From the NCBI GenBank assembly GCA_965233585.1, contig CBDDTI010000745.1, positions 128,001 to 192,000 on the forward strand: 64,000 nucleotides of DNA. Reading direction: 5' to 3'. This document shows positions 39,609-50,259 of this stretch, one piece after another. Numbering within the stretch: position 1 is the stretch's first letter; each line of letters opens with the position of its first letter. A model generated the notes under the pieces. It searched no databases. It was not told the origin of the DNA and saw nothing but the letters and a program-made list of their open reading frames with translations. The translations under genes and the position numbers were made by a program. The stretch comes from a bacterium. Lineage in GTDB: Bacteria; SAR324; NAC60-12.

Positions 39609-40307
39609 TTAGAAGTTTGGAAAGTATTCTGAAATTTTAATGAATTGCGTCTCAAGGTCTCGTCCAGAATAGGAGATCGTGTCAGCATCTTGCCACTCAA
39701 GTTCTATGTTAAAAAACTGACTGGTGATTTGGATTGGAAACGTTAAGACTTTCCCTTGCTTTCTCTTCAGCAAATGAACTTTTAAAGTGTAAACTTCTTT
39801 GGTCTGACCATCTTCCAACTGTGACGTCTCTCGTTTGGCAATGTGGTAAAAAGTTGCGGATTTTTCAGACAATTCCAATCCTCTGACGGTGTTGATACGA
39901 AAGGCAATCGGATTCAGCTTCCCGTTTAAAATCTGGACAAATTTAGAAAAGCCGTTGGGCATCTGGAGTCTGTAAAACTCACGGTCAATGCGTTTGAGTC
40001 GGGGTTTTTCATCAGGGTCAAGAGAACTCATTTGCACCTCAAAATTGGCTTGTGTGTCGTCAAGCAAGTATAAAAACAGATTGGAATTTGGAATCAATAG
40101 CACATCAACAATGACCTGTGCATCGTGCATCGCCACTAGTTTTCTTTTGTAATATAACGCATTGCCGATCCTGCCTTGTGGGAATATCTGATACTCTCCT
40201 TTGTAGGAAACCCCTTGATATTCATTGCCTGTTGGTAATCTTTCTAAACCCCAAACAACCGAACTGGCTAACAAGAAGCCTACCAACGTTAAATATTTCA
40301 TTTTCAT
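39609..40307 (-). CDS. Hypothetical secreted protein
   Basis: Signal peptide MKMKYLTLVGFLLASSVVWG; long ORF. Confidence 0.7.
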   Translation of the reverse strand: MKMKYLTLVGFLLASSVVWGLERLPTGNEYQGVSYKGEYQIFPQGRIGNALYYKRKLVAMHDAQVIVDVLLIPNSNLFLYLLDDTQANFEVQMSSLDPDEKPRLKRIDREFYRLQMPNGFSKFVQILNGKLNPIAFRINTVRGLELSEKSATFYHIAKRETSQLEDGQTKEVYTLKVHLLKRKQGKVLTFPIQITSQFFNIELEWQDADTISYSGRDLETQFIKISEYFPNF

Positions 40308-40445
40308 CAAAATCACTCCAAAAGACAGAACATTTGAGAAGGGTCTATTTTAAAGATTCTGGTTGACAATACTAGGGTAGTTTGATAAACAATGTCAACA
40401 GGTCTTCACTCTTTCATCATTTAGCCTTATTAATTTAACTGGTCT

Positions 40446-41687
40446 ATGACTCATGCTATTTTGCTTGGTCTTCGCTGTGCAGAACAAACTTTAGAAGATG
40501 CCCAAATTTCATTTCAAGAATTAAAGGAGCTTTCAAGAAGTTTGGGAATTGAGGAGGTCGGTCAGGCGTTTCAAAGCAAAGTGCATTCAGGACACCGCAT
40601 AGGCAGAGGCAAATTGGAAGAAGTCAGACAGCTTTTTGAAGAGACGCATGCAGACTTGTTGATTGTTGACCATACCTTGACGCCCAACCAAGCAAAACAC
40701 TTGGAAAAAACACTCAAAAGCATGGTTTGGGACAGGACACAGCTGATTTTGGAAGTATTTGCATCACATGCCAAGACGCAAGAAGCTTGCAAACAAATTG
40801 AATTAGCCAGATTGCAATACATGTTGCCAAGACTTGCGGGCATGTGGGCACATCTGGACAGAGAGCGTGGAGGAGTTGGAGTGTCTCGCGGTGGGGGAGA
40901 AAAGCAGATTGAAACCGACAGACGTTTGGCAAGAAGACGTATGACCCACTTGCAAAATGAACTCAAACGGCTGGAAACAAGCGAAGAAACCCAGCACAAA
41001 AAAAGACGAAATTGCCTCAATGTTAGTTTAGTTGGATACACCAATGCAGGTAAGACAACCTTGATGAATACTCTGGTTGGGGAAGCACTCCACGCACAAG
41101 ACCAGCTTTTTGTCACTCTTGACTCCACCACTCGGATTCTTGATAAAAACCGACGCCCTCAAATCTTAATCTCTGACACTGTCGGATTTTTACAGCATCT
41201 TCCCCATGAATTGATTGCCTCGTTCCGATCTACTTTAAAGGTCGCAACTACTGCTGACTTACTGCTGCACGTTGTAGATTCCAGCTCTCCTCATCTTGAA
41301 AAACAGATTGATGTCACACTTAACACTTTGGATATGATTGGAGCAAACTGCATTCCTCGTTTGCTTGTGATGAATCAAATAGACCGCATTGACCTCATTC
41401 AGCAAAGACTCTTGCAAAGACTTTATCCTGATGCCATTTTTGTCTCTGCCATTGAAAATGCTAGTCTCGTGTTTGACAAAGTTGGAGAGTTTTTTGACCA
41501 ACGTATGGAAGAAATCAACCTTGTCATTGATTACGGACAAACTAAACAGCTTTCTCAAATCTATCAACTGGCACAAGTCAAATCTATTGAGTACGGCAAC
41601 CAAGCCATAGAATTACAGCTGATGGTCTCACTACCTAATTTGTCAAAGCTACAAAACTATCTGAAAAAAAGCCCCTCCAAATTCTAA
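40446..41687 (+). CDS. hflX: Ribosome-splitting GTPase HflX
   Basis: ELARLQYMLPRL, GGGEKQIETDRR, GYTNAGKTT, LFVTLD, DTVGF. Confidence 0.96.
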   Translation: MTHAILLGLRCAEQTLEDAQISFQELKELSRSLGIEEVGQAFQSKVHSGHRIGRGKLEEVRQLFEETHADLLIVDHTLTPNQAKHLEKTLKSMVWDRTQLILEVFASHAKTQEACKQIELARLQYMLPRLAGMWAHLDRERGGVGVSRGGGEKQIETDRRLARRRMTHLQNELKRLETSEETQHKKRRNCLNVSLVGYTNAGKTTLMNTLVGEALHAQDQLFVTLDSTTRILDKNRRPQILISDTVGFLQHLPHELIASFRSTLKVATTADLLLHVVDSSSPHLEKQIDVTLNTLDMIGANCIPRLLVMNQIDRIDLIQQRLLQRLYPDAIFVSAIENASLVFDKVGEFFDQRMEEINLVIDYGQTKQLSQIYQLAQVKSIEYGNQAIELQLMVSLPNLSKLQNYLKKSPSKF

Positions 41688-41826
41688 AAAGCAGTTCTCT
41701 CTTTTTCTCAAAGTCCTTGCTTTTTGTCTTTCATTTAGGCTCAATTTCAGCTAGTCTAGCTACTTAAAGGTGTTTCTTTTTGCCTGTTCACTTCAACTCA
41801 AATTCATTTAATCTAACACAATTTTT

Positions 41827-42675
41827 ATGAAGAACGTTTTCAAGATTTTTTCCTTCGTTCTCTGCCTGTTCCTGACAGGTTGTAGTGCGCTACGTTCCAC
41901 GTATGACTACGCAGACCGCCTGATTCTTTGGCAATTAGATGACTACTTTGACCTAGAATCTGAGCAAAAAGATGCCTTGTTGATTGCCATTAGACGCAAT
42001 TTAGAACAACACCGCCTTCAAGAATTACCTAAATATCCCAAACTGATTCGCTCTATTCAAGAAGTTGGGAATGATGGTTTAACTGCTGAAGAAATTCAGC
42101 AAACCTTCCAAGAATTTGGACAGTTGTATGAAAATATTGTCAGACAACTTTTACCTGATGCTGCCTTGTTGTTATCTGGACTTTCACAAGAGCAGATTTT
42201 GCATTTTCAAGAAGTCTTGAAAGAGGAAAACGACGAGATTGCAGAACCCCTTGAAGACTCACTTGAAGAACAGGAAAAAGATTATGAAGAACGTGTTTTG
42301 GAAAACTCTGAAGAGTGGCTTGGAGACCTGTCAGATGAGCAGGAAGAACTCCTCAAAAAGAAGAGTAAAGAATGGTACAACGGGGGGGAGGGAATCAGGA
42401 AAAGGCTTGAAAGCCGCAAAAACTTTCAAAGCCGCTTGTTTGAATTTTTGCAGACTCAACCAGACGCCCAAAAAACAGAGGTCTTTTTAGGAAATTTATT
42501 ACAAGAACAGTATTCAGATGATTCGGACGATTCCGATGCTTCAGAAAACTCTTTCATTCAAGGGATTTTGGAAATAGACCAACTTGTTACACCTGAACAA
42601 AGGCTTTATGCCTCACAACAACTTGATGAATACGCAGGAATCATAGAAGAAATTTTGGAAGAATACAAAGAATAG
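41827..42675 (+). CDS. Lipoprotein, DUF6279-like helical
   Basis: Lipobox LTGC; YDYADRLILWQLDDYFDL, HRLQELP, WLGDLSDEQ. Confidence 0.7.
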   Translation: MKNVFKIFSFVLCLFLTGCSALRSTYDYADRLILWQLDDYFDLESEQKDALLIAIRRNLEQHRLQELPKYPKLIRSIQEVGNDGLTAEEIQQTFQEFGQLYENIVRQLLPDAALLLSGLSQEQILHFQEVLKEENDEIAEPLEDSLEEQEKDYEERVLENSEEWLGDLSDEQEELLKKKSKEWYNGGEGIRKRLESRKNFQSRLFEFLQTQPDAQKTEVFLGNLLQEQYSDDSDDSDASENSFIQGILEIDQLVTPEQRLYASQQLDEYAGIIEEILEEYKE

Positions 42676-42749
42676 CTCTAGTTCATATTTCACAAATATT
42701 TATGTTGACTTTCATCAAACAAAAAAGATAAACTGGCGGGTTTGTATTT

Positions 42750-42821
42750 TGGGGTGTAGCCAAGTGGTAAGGCAACGGGTTTTGATCCCGTCATGCGAAG
42801 GTTCGAATCCTTCCACCCCAG
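42750..42821 (+). tRNA. tRNA-Gln(TTG)
   Basis: TGGGGTG acceptor stem, ACGGG-TTTTGAT-CCCGT anticodon arm, GTTCGAATC T-loop; CCA not encoded. Confidence 0.97.
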
Positions 42822-42966
42822 ACATTTGAATCGCTACGATGCAAGAAACCGAGTCAGGTTAAATTTAATTTGAAAATCGGTTTTTAGATTCCGAACCATT
42901 ACTTTTCACAGATTGCTTCTCATCTCAAAGCGTGATAATCCGAAACCTTCCCCTTCAGGAAACGAC

Positions 42967-43284
42967 ATGACTTATGTTGTTACGCAATATTGCCATAAAT
43001 GCAAGTACACGGATTGCGTAGAGGTTTGCCCCGTTGATGCCTTTCATGAAGGTGAAGAGATGCTTTATATCAATCCTGAAACATGTATTGATTGCAATGC
43101 TTGTACAGAAGAATGTCCTGTGGAGGCAATTTATGCAGATATTGACGTCCCCGAAAAGTGGGAAAATTGGTTGCAGATTAATGCTGATGAATGTGAAAAA
43201 TATGACGTCATCACTGAAAAAAAAGACCCTTTGCCAAGTGCGAAAAGCCTTGAAGAGTTAAGGGAAGCAGACCCTGATGCTTAG
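42967..43284 (+). CDS. fdxA: 7Fe ferredoxin (FdxA-type)
   Basis: MTYVV..CHKCKYTDCVEVCPVD and CIDCNACTEECP; AGGA RBS before ATG 42967. Confidence 0.92.
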   Translation: MTYVVTQYCHKCKYTDCVEVCPVDAFHEGEEMLYINPETCIDCNACTEECPVEAIYADIDVPEKWENWLQINADECEKYDVITEKKDPLPSAKSLEELREADPDA

Positions 43285-43286
43285 TC

Positions 43287-43820
43287 ATGTCTTGGAAAAT
43301 TGACGCAAGAGAAATCTTGCAAAATAGACCACTTAAAAGAGAAGGCTCTTTGACACTCAGCAATCTGGAACGTTTGCAGTCCATAGAACAAGTCCAAGGT
43401 TGCCAAGTGGCATATCACGTTGTTTTGACCAAAAAGCAACAGCTCGGTTTTTTGCTTCAAGGGCATCTTGGTTGCAAGTTTCAAATCTGTTGCGATCGTT
43501 GCTTGGACGTTTTTCATAAGCCCCTTGACCTTGACTTTGAGGTGTTGTTACAACCTGAATCTGAAGACAAGGTCAGCCAAGTGGAAACGATTTTGAGTTC
43601 GGAGATTCCAGAGACTCAGTTTTACTCAAATCATCAAATTCAGTTGTTGGAGTTGCTGGAAGATCAAATCTTGCTGGAATTGGAGATGAAGAATATTTGT
43701 TCAGAATCATGTCAGGGGGTTTGTTTCCAGTGTGGTCAGAATCTCAACTCTAGTCCTTGTCATTGTAGCCTCTCATCAAAAACGGATAACCCCTTTGCGA
43801 AACTCAAACAAGTTATTTGA
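43287..43820 (+). CDS. yceD: YceD/DUF177 family protein
   Basis: CDRCL, CSESCQGVCFQCG, NPFAKLK; upstream of rpmF. Confidence 0.9.
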   Translation: MSWKIDAREILQNRPLKREGSLTLSNLERLQSIEQVQGCQVAYHVVLTKKQQLGFLLQGHLGCKFQICCDRCLDVFHKPLDLDFEVLLQPESEDKVSQVETILSSEIPETQFYSNHQIQLLELLEDQILLELEMKNICSESCQGVCFQCGQNLNSSPCHCSLSSKTDNPFAKLKQVI

Positions 43821-43849
43821 TTCACCATCTTTTGCCCAATTAAATTTTT

Positions 43850-44035
43850 ATGGCAGTACCTAAATATAGAACCTCACGAAGTAAGCGAAATTCAAGGCGT
43901 TCACAAAATAGCAAAATTAAAGTGCCTTGTTTAAGCCTTTGCAGTCATTGCGAAGCAAAGATTCTTCCCCACCGCGTTTGCCCCCAATGTGGCTATTACA
44001 AAGGTGTCAAGATTATAGAAGTTGAAGCGTATTAG
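43850..44035 (+). CDS. rpmF: 50S ribosomal protein L32
   Basis: MAVPKYRTSRSKRNSRRS, CSHC...HRVCPQCGYY. Confidence 0.97.
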   Translation: MAVPKYRTSRSKRNSRRSQNSKIKVPCLSLCSHCEAKILPHRVCPQCGYYKGVKIIEVEAY

Positions 44036-44038
44036 GCA

Positions 44039-45052
44039 TTGATGTTGAAGGTTGCAGTTGATGCAATGGGCGGGGATTTCCCAGTCTCTGCACCTGTTGC
44101 AGGTGCCATTGAAGCAGTTCGTCAGCATCAAATTCCTGTCATAATCGTTGGTGATGAAAGGCAAATCACAGTGGCATTGTCCCAACATAAAAATTATGAC
44201 AGTTCTCTAGTTTCAATCAAGCATTGCACGCAAAAAGTGGAAATGGACGACTCACCTTCTGTGGCGTTACGCACTAAAAAAGAGTCTTCTATCCGTATTG
44301 CCATGAATCTTCATCGCGACCAAGAAGTCTGTGCTGTGGTAAGTGCGGGACATTCAGGGGCGACTATGACCATTGCCAAAATCGTTCTCAAAGAAATCAA
44401 ACATATTGACAGACCTGCCATTATCACCCCTTTTCCCTCTAAAAAAGGACATTTTGTCCTTCTTGATGTCGGTGCAAATGTGGAATGTAAACCCCAATAT
44501 CTTTTGCAATTTGCCTTGATGGGAGAGTCCTACTCTCGTCTAGTTTTTGGGGTTGAAGAGCCTCAAGTAGCTCTTTTGAGTAATGGAGAAGAAGAAGTCA
44601 AGGGAAATTCTTTAACCAAAGAAACCTATGCCTTGTTGAAGCAAAGCCAGCTTCATTTTATGGGAAATATTGAAGGCAAAGACATGTTTGATGGTCAAGC
44701 AGATGTCATTGTCTGTGATGGATTTGTTGGCAATATCACTCTCAAAGTAGCAGAGGGAACGTTTGAGTTCATTCGCTACCTTTTAAAAAAGGAAATTGAA
44801 AAATCATGGATAGCGAAGCTGGGATATTTGTGCATGAAGCAATGTTTTAAAAATTTGTTGGAACGCGCAGACTATACCCATGTTGGCGGTGCGCCTTTGC
44901 TTGGGGTCAATGGGAATGTAGTCATTTGTCATGGAAGCTCAAAACCTTATACGATTGCTCACGCCATCAGACATGCGTTTCACTGTGCAAAAATACAGCT
45001 CAACGAAGAAATCTCAAAAGAGTTAGACCGACATTCTGAACTTCTCCAATGA
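44039..45052 (+). CDS. plsX: Phosphate acyltransferase PlsX
   Basis: AVDAMGGD, LDVGAN, CDGFVGN, GGAPLLGV, CHGSS. Confidence 0.96.
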   Translation: MMLKVAVDAMGGDFPVSAPVAGAIEAVRQHQIPVIIVGDERQITVALSQHKNYDSSLVSIKHCTQKVEMDDSPSVALRTKKESSIRIAMNLHRDQEVCAVVSAGHSGATMTIAKIVLKEIKHIDRPAIITPFPSKKGHFVLLDVGANVECKPQYLLQFALMGESYSRLVFGVEEPQVALLSNGEEEVKGNSLTKETYALLKQSQLHFMGNIEGKDMFDGQADVIVCDGFVGNITLKVAEGTFEFIRYLLKKEIEKSWIAKLGYLCMKQCFKNLLERADYTHVGGAPLLGVNGNVVICHGSSKPYTIAHAIRHAFHCAKIQLNEEISKELDRHSELLQ

Positions 45053-45065
45053 CTGATGAAGCTCA

Positions 45066-45512
45066 ATGGTATCACTACTAATTGTTCAAAAGGACAAACT
45101 GAGTCCGGAAGAAAAAAACTGGCTTGCCATTGCAATATGCGGTGCAATCATTGCTGATGGCAGTGTCTCAACCGCTGAAATCAGGTATCTTGAACAGGCT
45201 CTAAAATTCCTCCCATCTTCTGACCAAATCAATTCTCTCATCAACGCAGTCAAACAAAAAAAACTTCCTCCTCTCACCAAGCTAGAAACATCTGCTTCTG
45301 TCAAAGCACAAATTTTGATAGAAATTTCCAACGTCATTGCATCGGACAATAGCCTGAGTATTCGTGAAGTAGATTATCTTTTTGAGATTGGAGGCATACT
45401 TGGTTTTGAAGATGAATATATGCAGATGATTTTACGGTGGTCTAATGAGGGCATCATCTGGAGACATAAAATGAAACATCTACTGAAAGTGGGGGAGCAG
45501 CTGCAACCATGA
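45066..45512 (+). CDS. TerB-like protein
   Basis: IIADGSVSTAE and IASDNSLSIRE duplicated motifs. Confidence 0.75.
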   Translation: MVSLLIVQKDKLSPEEKNWLAIAICGAIIADGSVSTAEIRYLEQALKFLPSSDQINSLINAVKQKKLPPLTKLETSASVKAQILIEISNVIASDNSLSIREVDYLFEIGGILGFEDEYMQMILRWSNEGIIWRHKMKHLLKVGEQLQP

Positions 45513-46561
45513 AACCCATTCATCAACAACGTTCATTTGGGCTTTCTTCATTTTTTTTAGGGGGGATTTTTTTGATTGCATTGGGTGCAGTGTTGCAATC
45601 GCTCAAAGGAATTTTAGCACCCTTCTTGATTGCATTATTTATTCTCTATCTATTTGAACCCCTACAAAAATTGATGATTCGTTGCAGACTACCCTTAGTT
45701 TTCAGAATCATCATTGTCTTGAGTTCCACACTGATGTCAATGTATTTGATTGCTACATTTCTGATTAGCAATTTGGTGAATGTTGGTTCTCGTCTGGAAG
45801 GCTATGTCAACCAGCTTTTGCAGACCATTCAAGTTTGGGAGAGTTCACTACCGATTGAAACCTTAGACATTGGCTCAATCCTCAGTGGAATAGATTGGTC
45901 TAGGTATTTAGAAGGTGGTGCTGCAAAAGTACTGGGATTCGGTGTGGAAAAATCGGGGGCGCTATTTGTGGATATTGGACTGATTTTGATCTACATGCTT
46001 TATATGCTTTTTGAAAGAGAGTTGTTTTTAAACAGAATCCAAAAAGCATTTAAGCCAGAAAAAGCAAAGAACATCGTATCTATTTTGAAGTACATCAACC
46101 AGCAAATTGCCGCCTATTTAGAGGTCAAAACACTTGTCTCACTCGGGACAGGAATTTTAGTGACATTGCTTTTAACATTTTTAGAGGTAGATTTTGCACT
46201 ACTTTGGGGTGCATTGACTTTTCTCCTCAACTTTATCCCCTCTGTTGGCTCTATCATTGCGACCGTCCCACCTGTCATTACTGTCTTGCTTCAATTTCAA
46301 TCTCTCACATTGACCATAGTCGTTGCGTTAGTTTTGGGGGGACTTCAAATGACAATAGGAAGCATCATTGAGCCTAAAATCATGGGAAACCGTCTTGGAT
46401 TAAGCCCTCTTGTTGTTCTCTTAAGCCTTGTCTTTTGGGGGTGGATTTGGGGACCAGTTGGAATGATTCTTGCCGCTCCTGTGATGTCTATGATTCGGAT
46501 TGTTTGTGACAACGTCCCAGCTCTCCGACCTGTCAGCGTCTTCATGGCTGAAAAATCTTAA
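45509..46561 (+). CDS. AI-2E family transporter
   Basis: LNFIPSVGS, IEPKIMG, FWGWIWGPVGMILAAP. Confidence 0.92.
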   Translation: MKPIHQQRSFGLSSFFLGGIFLIALGAVLQSLKGILAPFLIALFILYLFEPLQKLMIRCRLPLVFRIIIVLSSTLMSMYLIATFLISNLVNVGSRLEGYVNQLLQTIQVWESSLPIETLDIGSILSGIDWSRYLEGGAAKVLGFGVEKSGALFVDIGLILIYMLYMLFERELFLNRIQKAFKPEKAKNIVSILKYINQQIAAYLEVKTLVSLGTGILVTLLLTFLEVDFALLWGALTFLLNFIPSVGSIIATVPPVITVLLQFQSLTLTIVVALVLGGLQMTIGSIIEPKIMGNRLGLSPLVVLLSLVFWGWIWGPVGMILAAPVMSMIRIVCDNVPALRPVSVFMAEKS

Positions 46562-46654
46562 TATCTGCCAAAAAACAAAAACACAATTTTAGTGAAGAGA
46601 CCTAAGCTGATCAAAGTACTTTGCTGAAAGGACAGAGTGTTTTGATGTCTTGTT

Positions 46655-47035
46655 TTAGTTGGGAGTAGGAAGAGAAGCAAACAAAAAGGCTAGCATGACG
46701 CCAAGTGTCACGAGATTTAAGGAAATGCCAAAACCCACCATCCATGACAACAGCTTGAATTTGCTATCAACTTTCTTATTGAGACTAGCAACCTGCTCTT
46801 TCGTCGCTTTTTGCTTCAGCTGCTCTTCTAAACTAGCAACCTGTTCTTTCGTCGCTTTTTGCTTCAACTGCTCTTCTAAACTAGCAACCTGCTCTTTCGT
46901 CGCAAGTTTGGAAAAGTTGCTTTCCACAACAGATTTAAATTCTTCTGTTAGTGCCTCTGCTTGTTCTTGTTCAAAGCCTGCAGATTGAAGATGTTTAGAC
47001 GTCTTAAGTGTGTCAAAAAGCAAAGCAGTTTCCAT
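46655..47035 (-). CDS. DUF1640/CCDC90-like coiled-coil protein with C-terminal TM
   Basis: FDT...LQSAGFEQEQAEAL, LATK repeats, hydrophobic C-terminus. Confidence 0.82.
   Translation of the reverse strand: METALLFDTLKTSKHLQSAGFEQEQAEALTEEFKSVVESNFSKLATKEQVASLEEQLKQKATKEQVASLEEQLKQKATKEQVASLNKKVDSKFKLLSWMVGFGISLNLVTLGVMLAFLFASLPTPN
46784..46903. repeat. In-frame 48-bp tandem repeat x2.5
   Basis: Units at 46784, 46832, 46880 encoding ATKEQVASLEEQLKQK. Confidence 0.93.
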
Positions 47036-47303
47036 AAGCCTACGAATGAAACGTCAAAACCAAAATCGTAACAAATCCTGAGACAAAATGAAAGAGAATT
47101 ATTGACATTAGATTTCCCTGACACTTGCTTATTTCATCTTGACATTTGGGTTTGGCTGTCATACATTGACTGCTCGGTTCACTGCCCTAGAGAAAGAGCA
47201 TTGAGACTTTCAAGTCTTGTCTTCCTTAAATCCATTTTTGCTGAAGTGCTAAAATCTTTTAAAGAATTTGATTCTAACTATTTTTAAAGTTTAACGGAAA
47301 ACG

Positions 47304-47996
47304 ATGAAATTCTTGTGGATTGTTGGGCTTGTCTTTTCTATCTCACCTTTAATCTATGGGCAACAAAATGCTGGAAAAAATTCTTTTGAATTAGGTTTGA
47401 TGAGTAATCATAACTACGGCATCCTTGGAATTAATCCAGATATGCCTGTGCATTTTCAATATCGTTATTCTTTCCTTCCTGAACATAATCTTGGTTTTTT
47501 AATCGGAAGCCGCGTTCACGACCCCGTTCCACCTTTTCAAATGACAGATGAAGATGAAGACCCAGAAGAAAATATGGAAAAAGAAAAGGAACTCAAACGA
47601 ATCAAAGGCATTGGTAATTTTTATGCTTTGAATTATGGTTATTCTCTGGGCGAACGAGTAAATTTATTGTGGTTAGTAGATGTTTTTGCGGGATGGCTAG
47701 AAATCAAATTAAGACACGAAGTTCACCCTAGCGGAAACCAAGTTGACACTCAATTCTATCGCTCCAGCAAAACAGAACGTGGTTTTTATTATGGGTCAGC
47801 ATTGCATTTGTCAACACTGAGAAAATCAAGGTGGAATTTTTCTTTTGGAGGTGGAATAGAAGGCTTCAGTTCCCAACAATCAGAAATGACCATTGATGAA
47901 ACCGATCCTTCTTGGGCCGTTTCTAACTTAGAACAAACAGAAGCCAAACTTGCCAATTTCTTTTTTTTGAGGATAGGAGTTCTTTTTTCATGGTGA
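47304..47996 (+). CDS. Putative outer-membrane beta-barrel protein
   Basis: Signal peptide, alternating aromatic strands, C-terminal LRIGVLFSW. Confidence 0.65.
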   Translation: MKFLWIVGLVFSISPLIYGQQNAGKNSFELGLMSNHNYGILGINPDMPVHFQYRYSFLPEHNLGFLIGSRVHDPVPPFQMTDEDEDPEENMEKEKELKRIKGIGNFYALNYGYSLGERVNLLWLVDVFAGWLEIKLRHEVHPSGNQVDTQFYRSSKTERGFYYGSALHLSTLRKSRWNFSFGGGIEGFSSQQSEMTIDETDPSWAVSNLEQTEAKLANFFFLRIGVLFSW

Positions 47997-48075
47997 TGTT
48001 TTAAATTTCTTTTTCATCTTCAGCATTTCTGTTCAAATAAAGTTTTCACACAATTTGACCTACCCTGCTTTTATC

Positions 48076-48564
48076 ATGCGACAATTTATTGCAATCTTAA
48101 TATTTCTCCTCAATATCCTGTTTCTTTTTGTATCTTGTAGCATAGAAAGTTTTGAAGACAAAAAAATTTCTGATAAGAATGTGAAAATCTACACACCTAA
48201 TCTACTCATATCTAACAAAAGTCTTGATGAAAAAATTTTGCTTAAACGGGTTGTATTTCACCCTGATTTAAAAAAGTCATTTTTTGAGTTTGAGCCAAAG
48301 ACTAATAAAGGAGATGTCTCACCTTCCATTTGTGACACTTCCATATGTGCAAAATTTCGTATCGTCACCAGCCAAGACACTTATGATTTGTTAGATTTGC
48401 AAGATAACAAAGGGCGATCACAATCTGAAAAGTTGAAATTTTCCGAACATGAAAATTTTACTTTGTTTTTTGATTATTTTGACCAAACAAAATTTCAATT
48501 AACCGAGGGAGATTGTTCTGATTGTTTTCAGCAAGATGTTGATTTAGAAAAATCCAATTCATAA
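48076..48564 (+). CDS. Hypothetical lipoprotein
   Basis: MRQFIAILIFLLNILFLFVSC signal; AT-rich. Confidence 0.65.
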   Translation: MRQFIAILIFLLNILFLFVSCSIESFEDKKISDKNVKIYTPNLLISNKSLDEKILLKRVVFHPDLKKSFFEFEPKTNKGDVSPSICDTSICAKFRIVTSQDTYDLLDLQDNKGRSQSEKLKFSEHENFTLFFDYFDQTKFQLTEGDCSDCFQQDVDLEKSNS

Positions 48565-48610
48565 TATTGAATTTTATGAATTTTTCATTAAATCTAGTTT
48601 TTAGCAGAGT

Positions 48611-49291
48611 TTAATCAACAGCTGTATTAATGTTTGATTTTGAAAAATGATTCAAGCAATATTGCTGATTCTCTTGCATGAATTTTTTTAGTTTTTGAGC
48701 ATAATCAGAAAGCTCTTGATCAGAACATGAGGCAGGAATGAAAAGAGGTTCTCCAAACCTCCCAAAGATTTTCCCAAATGGTAGGGGGATTTTTTGGCGG
48801 TCCCAACTGGAAGCACGCCAAACTTGGCTTCCTTCATAATGAAAAGGCATGATAGGCAGCCCTGTTTTTTTAGCCAAAAACAACGCCCCAGTTTTGATTT
48901 GATGGGCAGGACCCTTGGGACCATCAGGAGTGACAACAACAGAATTTCCTTGATTCAAAGTCTGAATAGATTGTTTCAAAGCCCCAATCCCACCACGTGT
49001 TGTAGAACCACGTATCGCCTTCATACCAAAATGCCTTGTAACCTCACAAATGGCATCTCCATCTTTGGAACGGCTACTTAAAGACGTCAAATTCAAATGC
49101 TGTAACAAAAAGATAGAAAAATAAATATCTTCGTGCCATAAAACCACAATCACTGTCTGGTATTGCTTGAATATCTCTTTTGCCTGCTCTGCTTGCTCTA
49201 TTTTAACCCTAGAAGTGCCTCCAGTGAGTTTTAAAATGTAAACGACCAACTTAATCAAAAATTGATATTTAAGTCTCTGCAAAAAAGTCAT
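48611..49291 (-). CDS. DUF374 / lysophospholipid acyltransferase family protein
   Basis: LWH, SRSKDG, IRGSTTRGG, TPDGPKGP, SSWD..PLPF. Confidence 0.9.
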   Translation of the reverse strand: MTFLQRLKYQFLIKLVVYILKLTGGTSRVKIEQAEQAKEIFKQYQTVIVVLWHEDIYFSIFLLQHLNLTSLSSRSKDGDAICEVTRHFGMKAIRGSTTRGGIGALKQSIQTLNQGNSVVVTPDGPKGPAHQIKTGALFLAKKTGLPIMPFHYEGSQVWRASSWDRQKIPLPFGKIFGRFGEPLFIPASCSDQELSDYAQKLKKFMQENQQYCLNHFSKSNINTAVD

Positions 49292-49605
49292 GCTAAACCT
49301 AGTGAAAGTTGTCGTTTGGTATGATAACAACGAACTATTATAAACGAACAAACTCATATAAACCAAGTGTTCCTAGGAACATAGATTCCTCTCTTCACAC
49401 CAAATGGCTAAGAACAAGGTAGGAGTAACTTTATTTTCTGCTATTTTATGAAATTGTTCAGAATTTTAAATTTATCATAAAAACATTAAATCCATACAAA
49501 GCATTGCACTTTATTTTTGAGTAGTTTAGAATGAGTTTGCTTCTAATTTTTTGAAGTCAGCTGAAAGGTTGAAAAATTTAAATACTTTTATACGAGGAGA
49601 AGATT

Positions 49606-50259
49606 ATGAATAAACAGACAGTCAGACAGGTTGCAATAACATTAGGCAGTTTTGTCAAATTTGTCATTCTTTACTTAGTGCTTGCTGAAGCAATCCAAGC
49701 CAAGCAAGTCAAATTAGTTTTTGTAGGAGATTCCATTACAGAAGGCTATGGTCTCTCTCAAAAAGATGCCTACCCAAGTTTGTTGGAGGACAAACTCAAA
49801 CAAGCTAAAATTCCGGTCAAGGTACTCAATGGGGGTGTCAGTGGAGCTAGTTCTGCAAGTGCAGAGTCTCGCGTCAAGTGGTATTTGAAGGTGAAGCCTG
49901 ATTGGATTGTCTTGCAGCTAGGAGGAAATGACGGCTTGAGGGGGCAATCTTTAGAAGAAACAGAAAACAATCTTGCAAAAGCGATTGAGCTAACACGAAG
50001 CAAAGGTGTCAAGGTTGCGATTTTAGGCATACGCATTCCAACAAATTATGGACAACAATATAGAAAGCAATTTGAGGAAATTTTTCCCAAGTTGTCAGAA
50101 AAATATCAAGTGCCTTTGCTCCCTCAATTACTTGAAAATGTTGGAGGAATACCTGAAATGAACCTACCTGATGGCATTCACCCAAACAAAGCAGGGCATC
50201 GTATCATTGCAAAAAATGTCTTTGAATTTTTTCTTCCTCTCTTATCTAAAGACTCATGA
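49606..50259 (+). CDS. tesA: GDSL arylesterase/thioesterase
   Basis: GDSITEGYG, LGGNDGLRG, DGIHP. Confidence 0.9.
   Translation: MNKQTVRQVAITLGSFVKFVILYLVLAEAIQAKQVKLVFVGDSITEGYGLSQKDAYPSLLEDKLKQAKIPVKVLNGGVSGASSASAESRVKWYLKVKPDWIVLQLGGNDGLRGQSLEETENNLAKAIELTRSKGVKVAILGIRIPTNYGQQYRKQFEEIFPKLSEKYQVPLLPQLLENVGGIPEMNLPDGIHPNKAGHRIIAKNVFEFFLPLLSKDS

Noticed and set aside
42750..42900. tRNA-Gln as an island integration site
   Set aside because: No integrase, no duplicated tRNA 3' end noticed, and housekeeping genes follow directly
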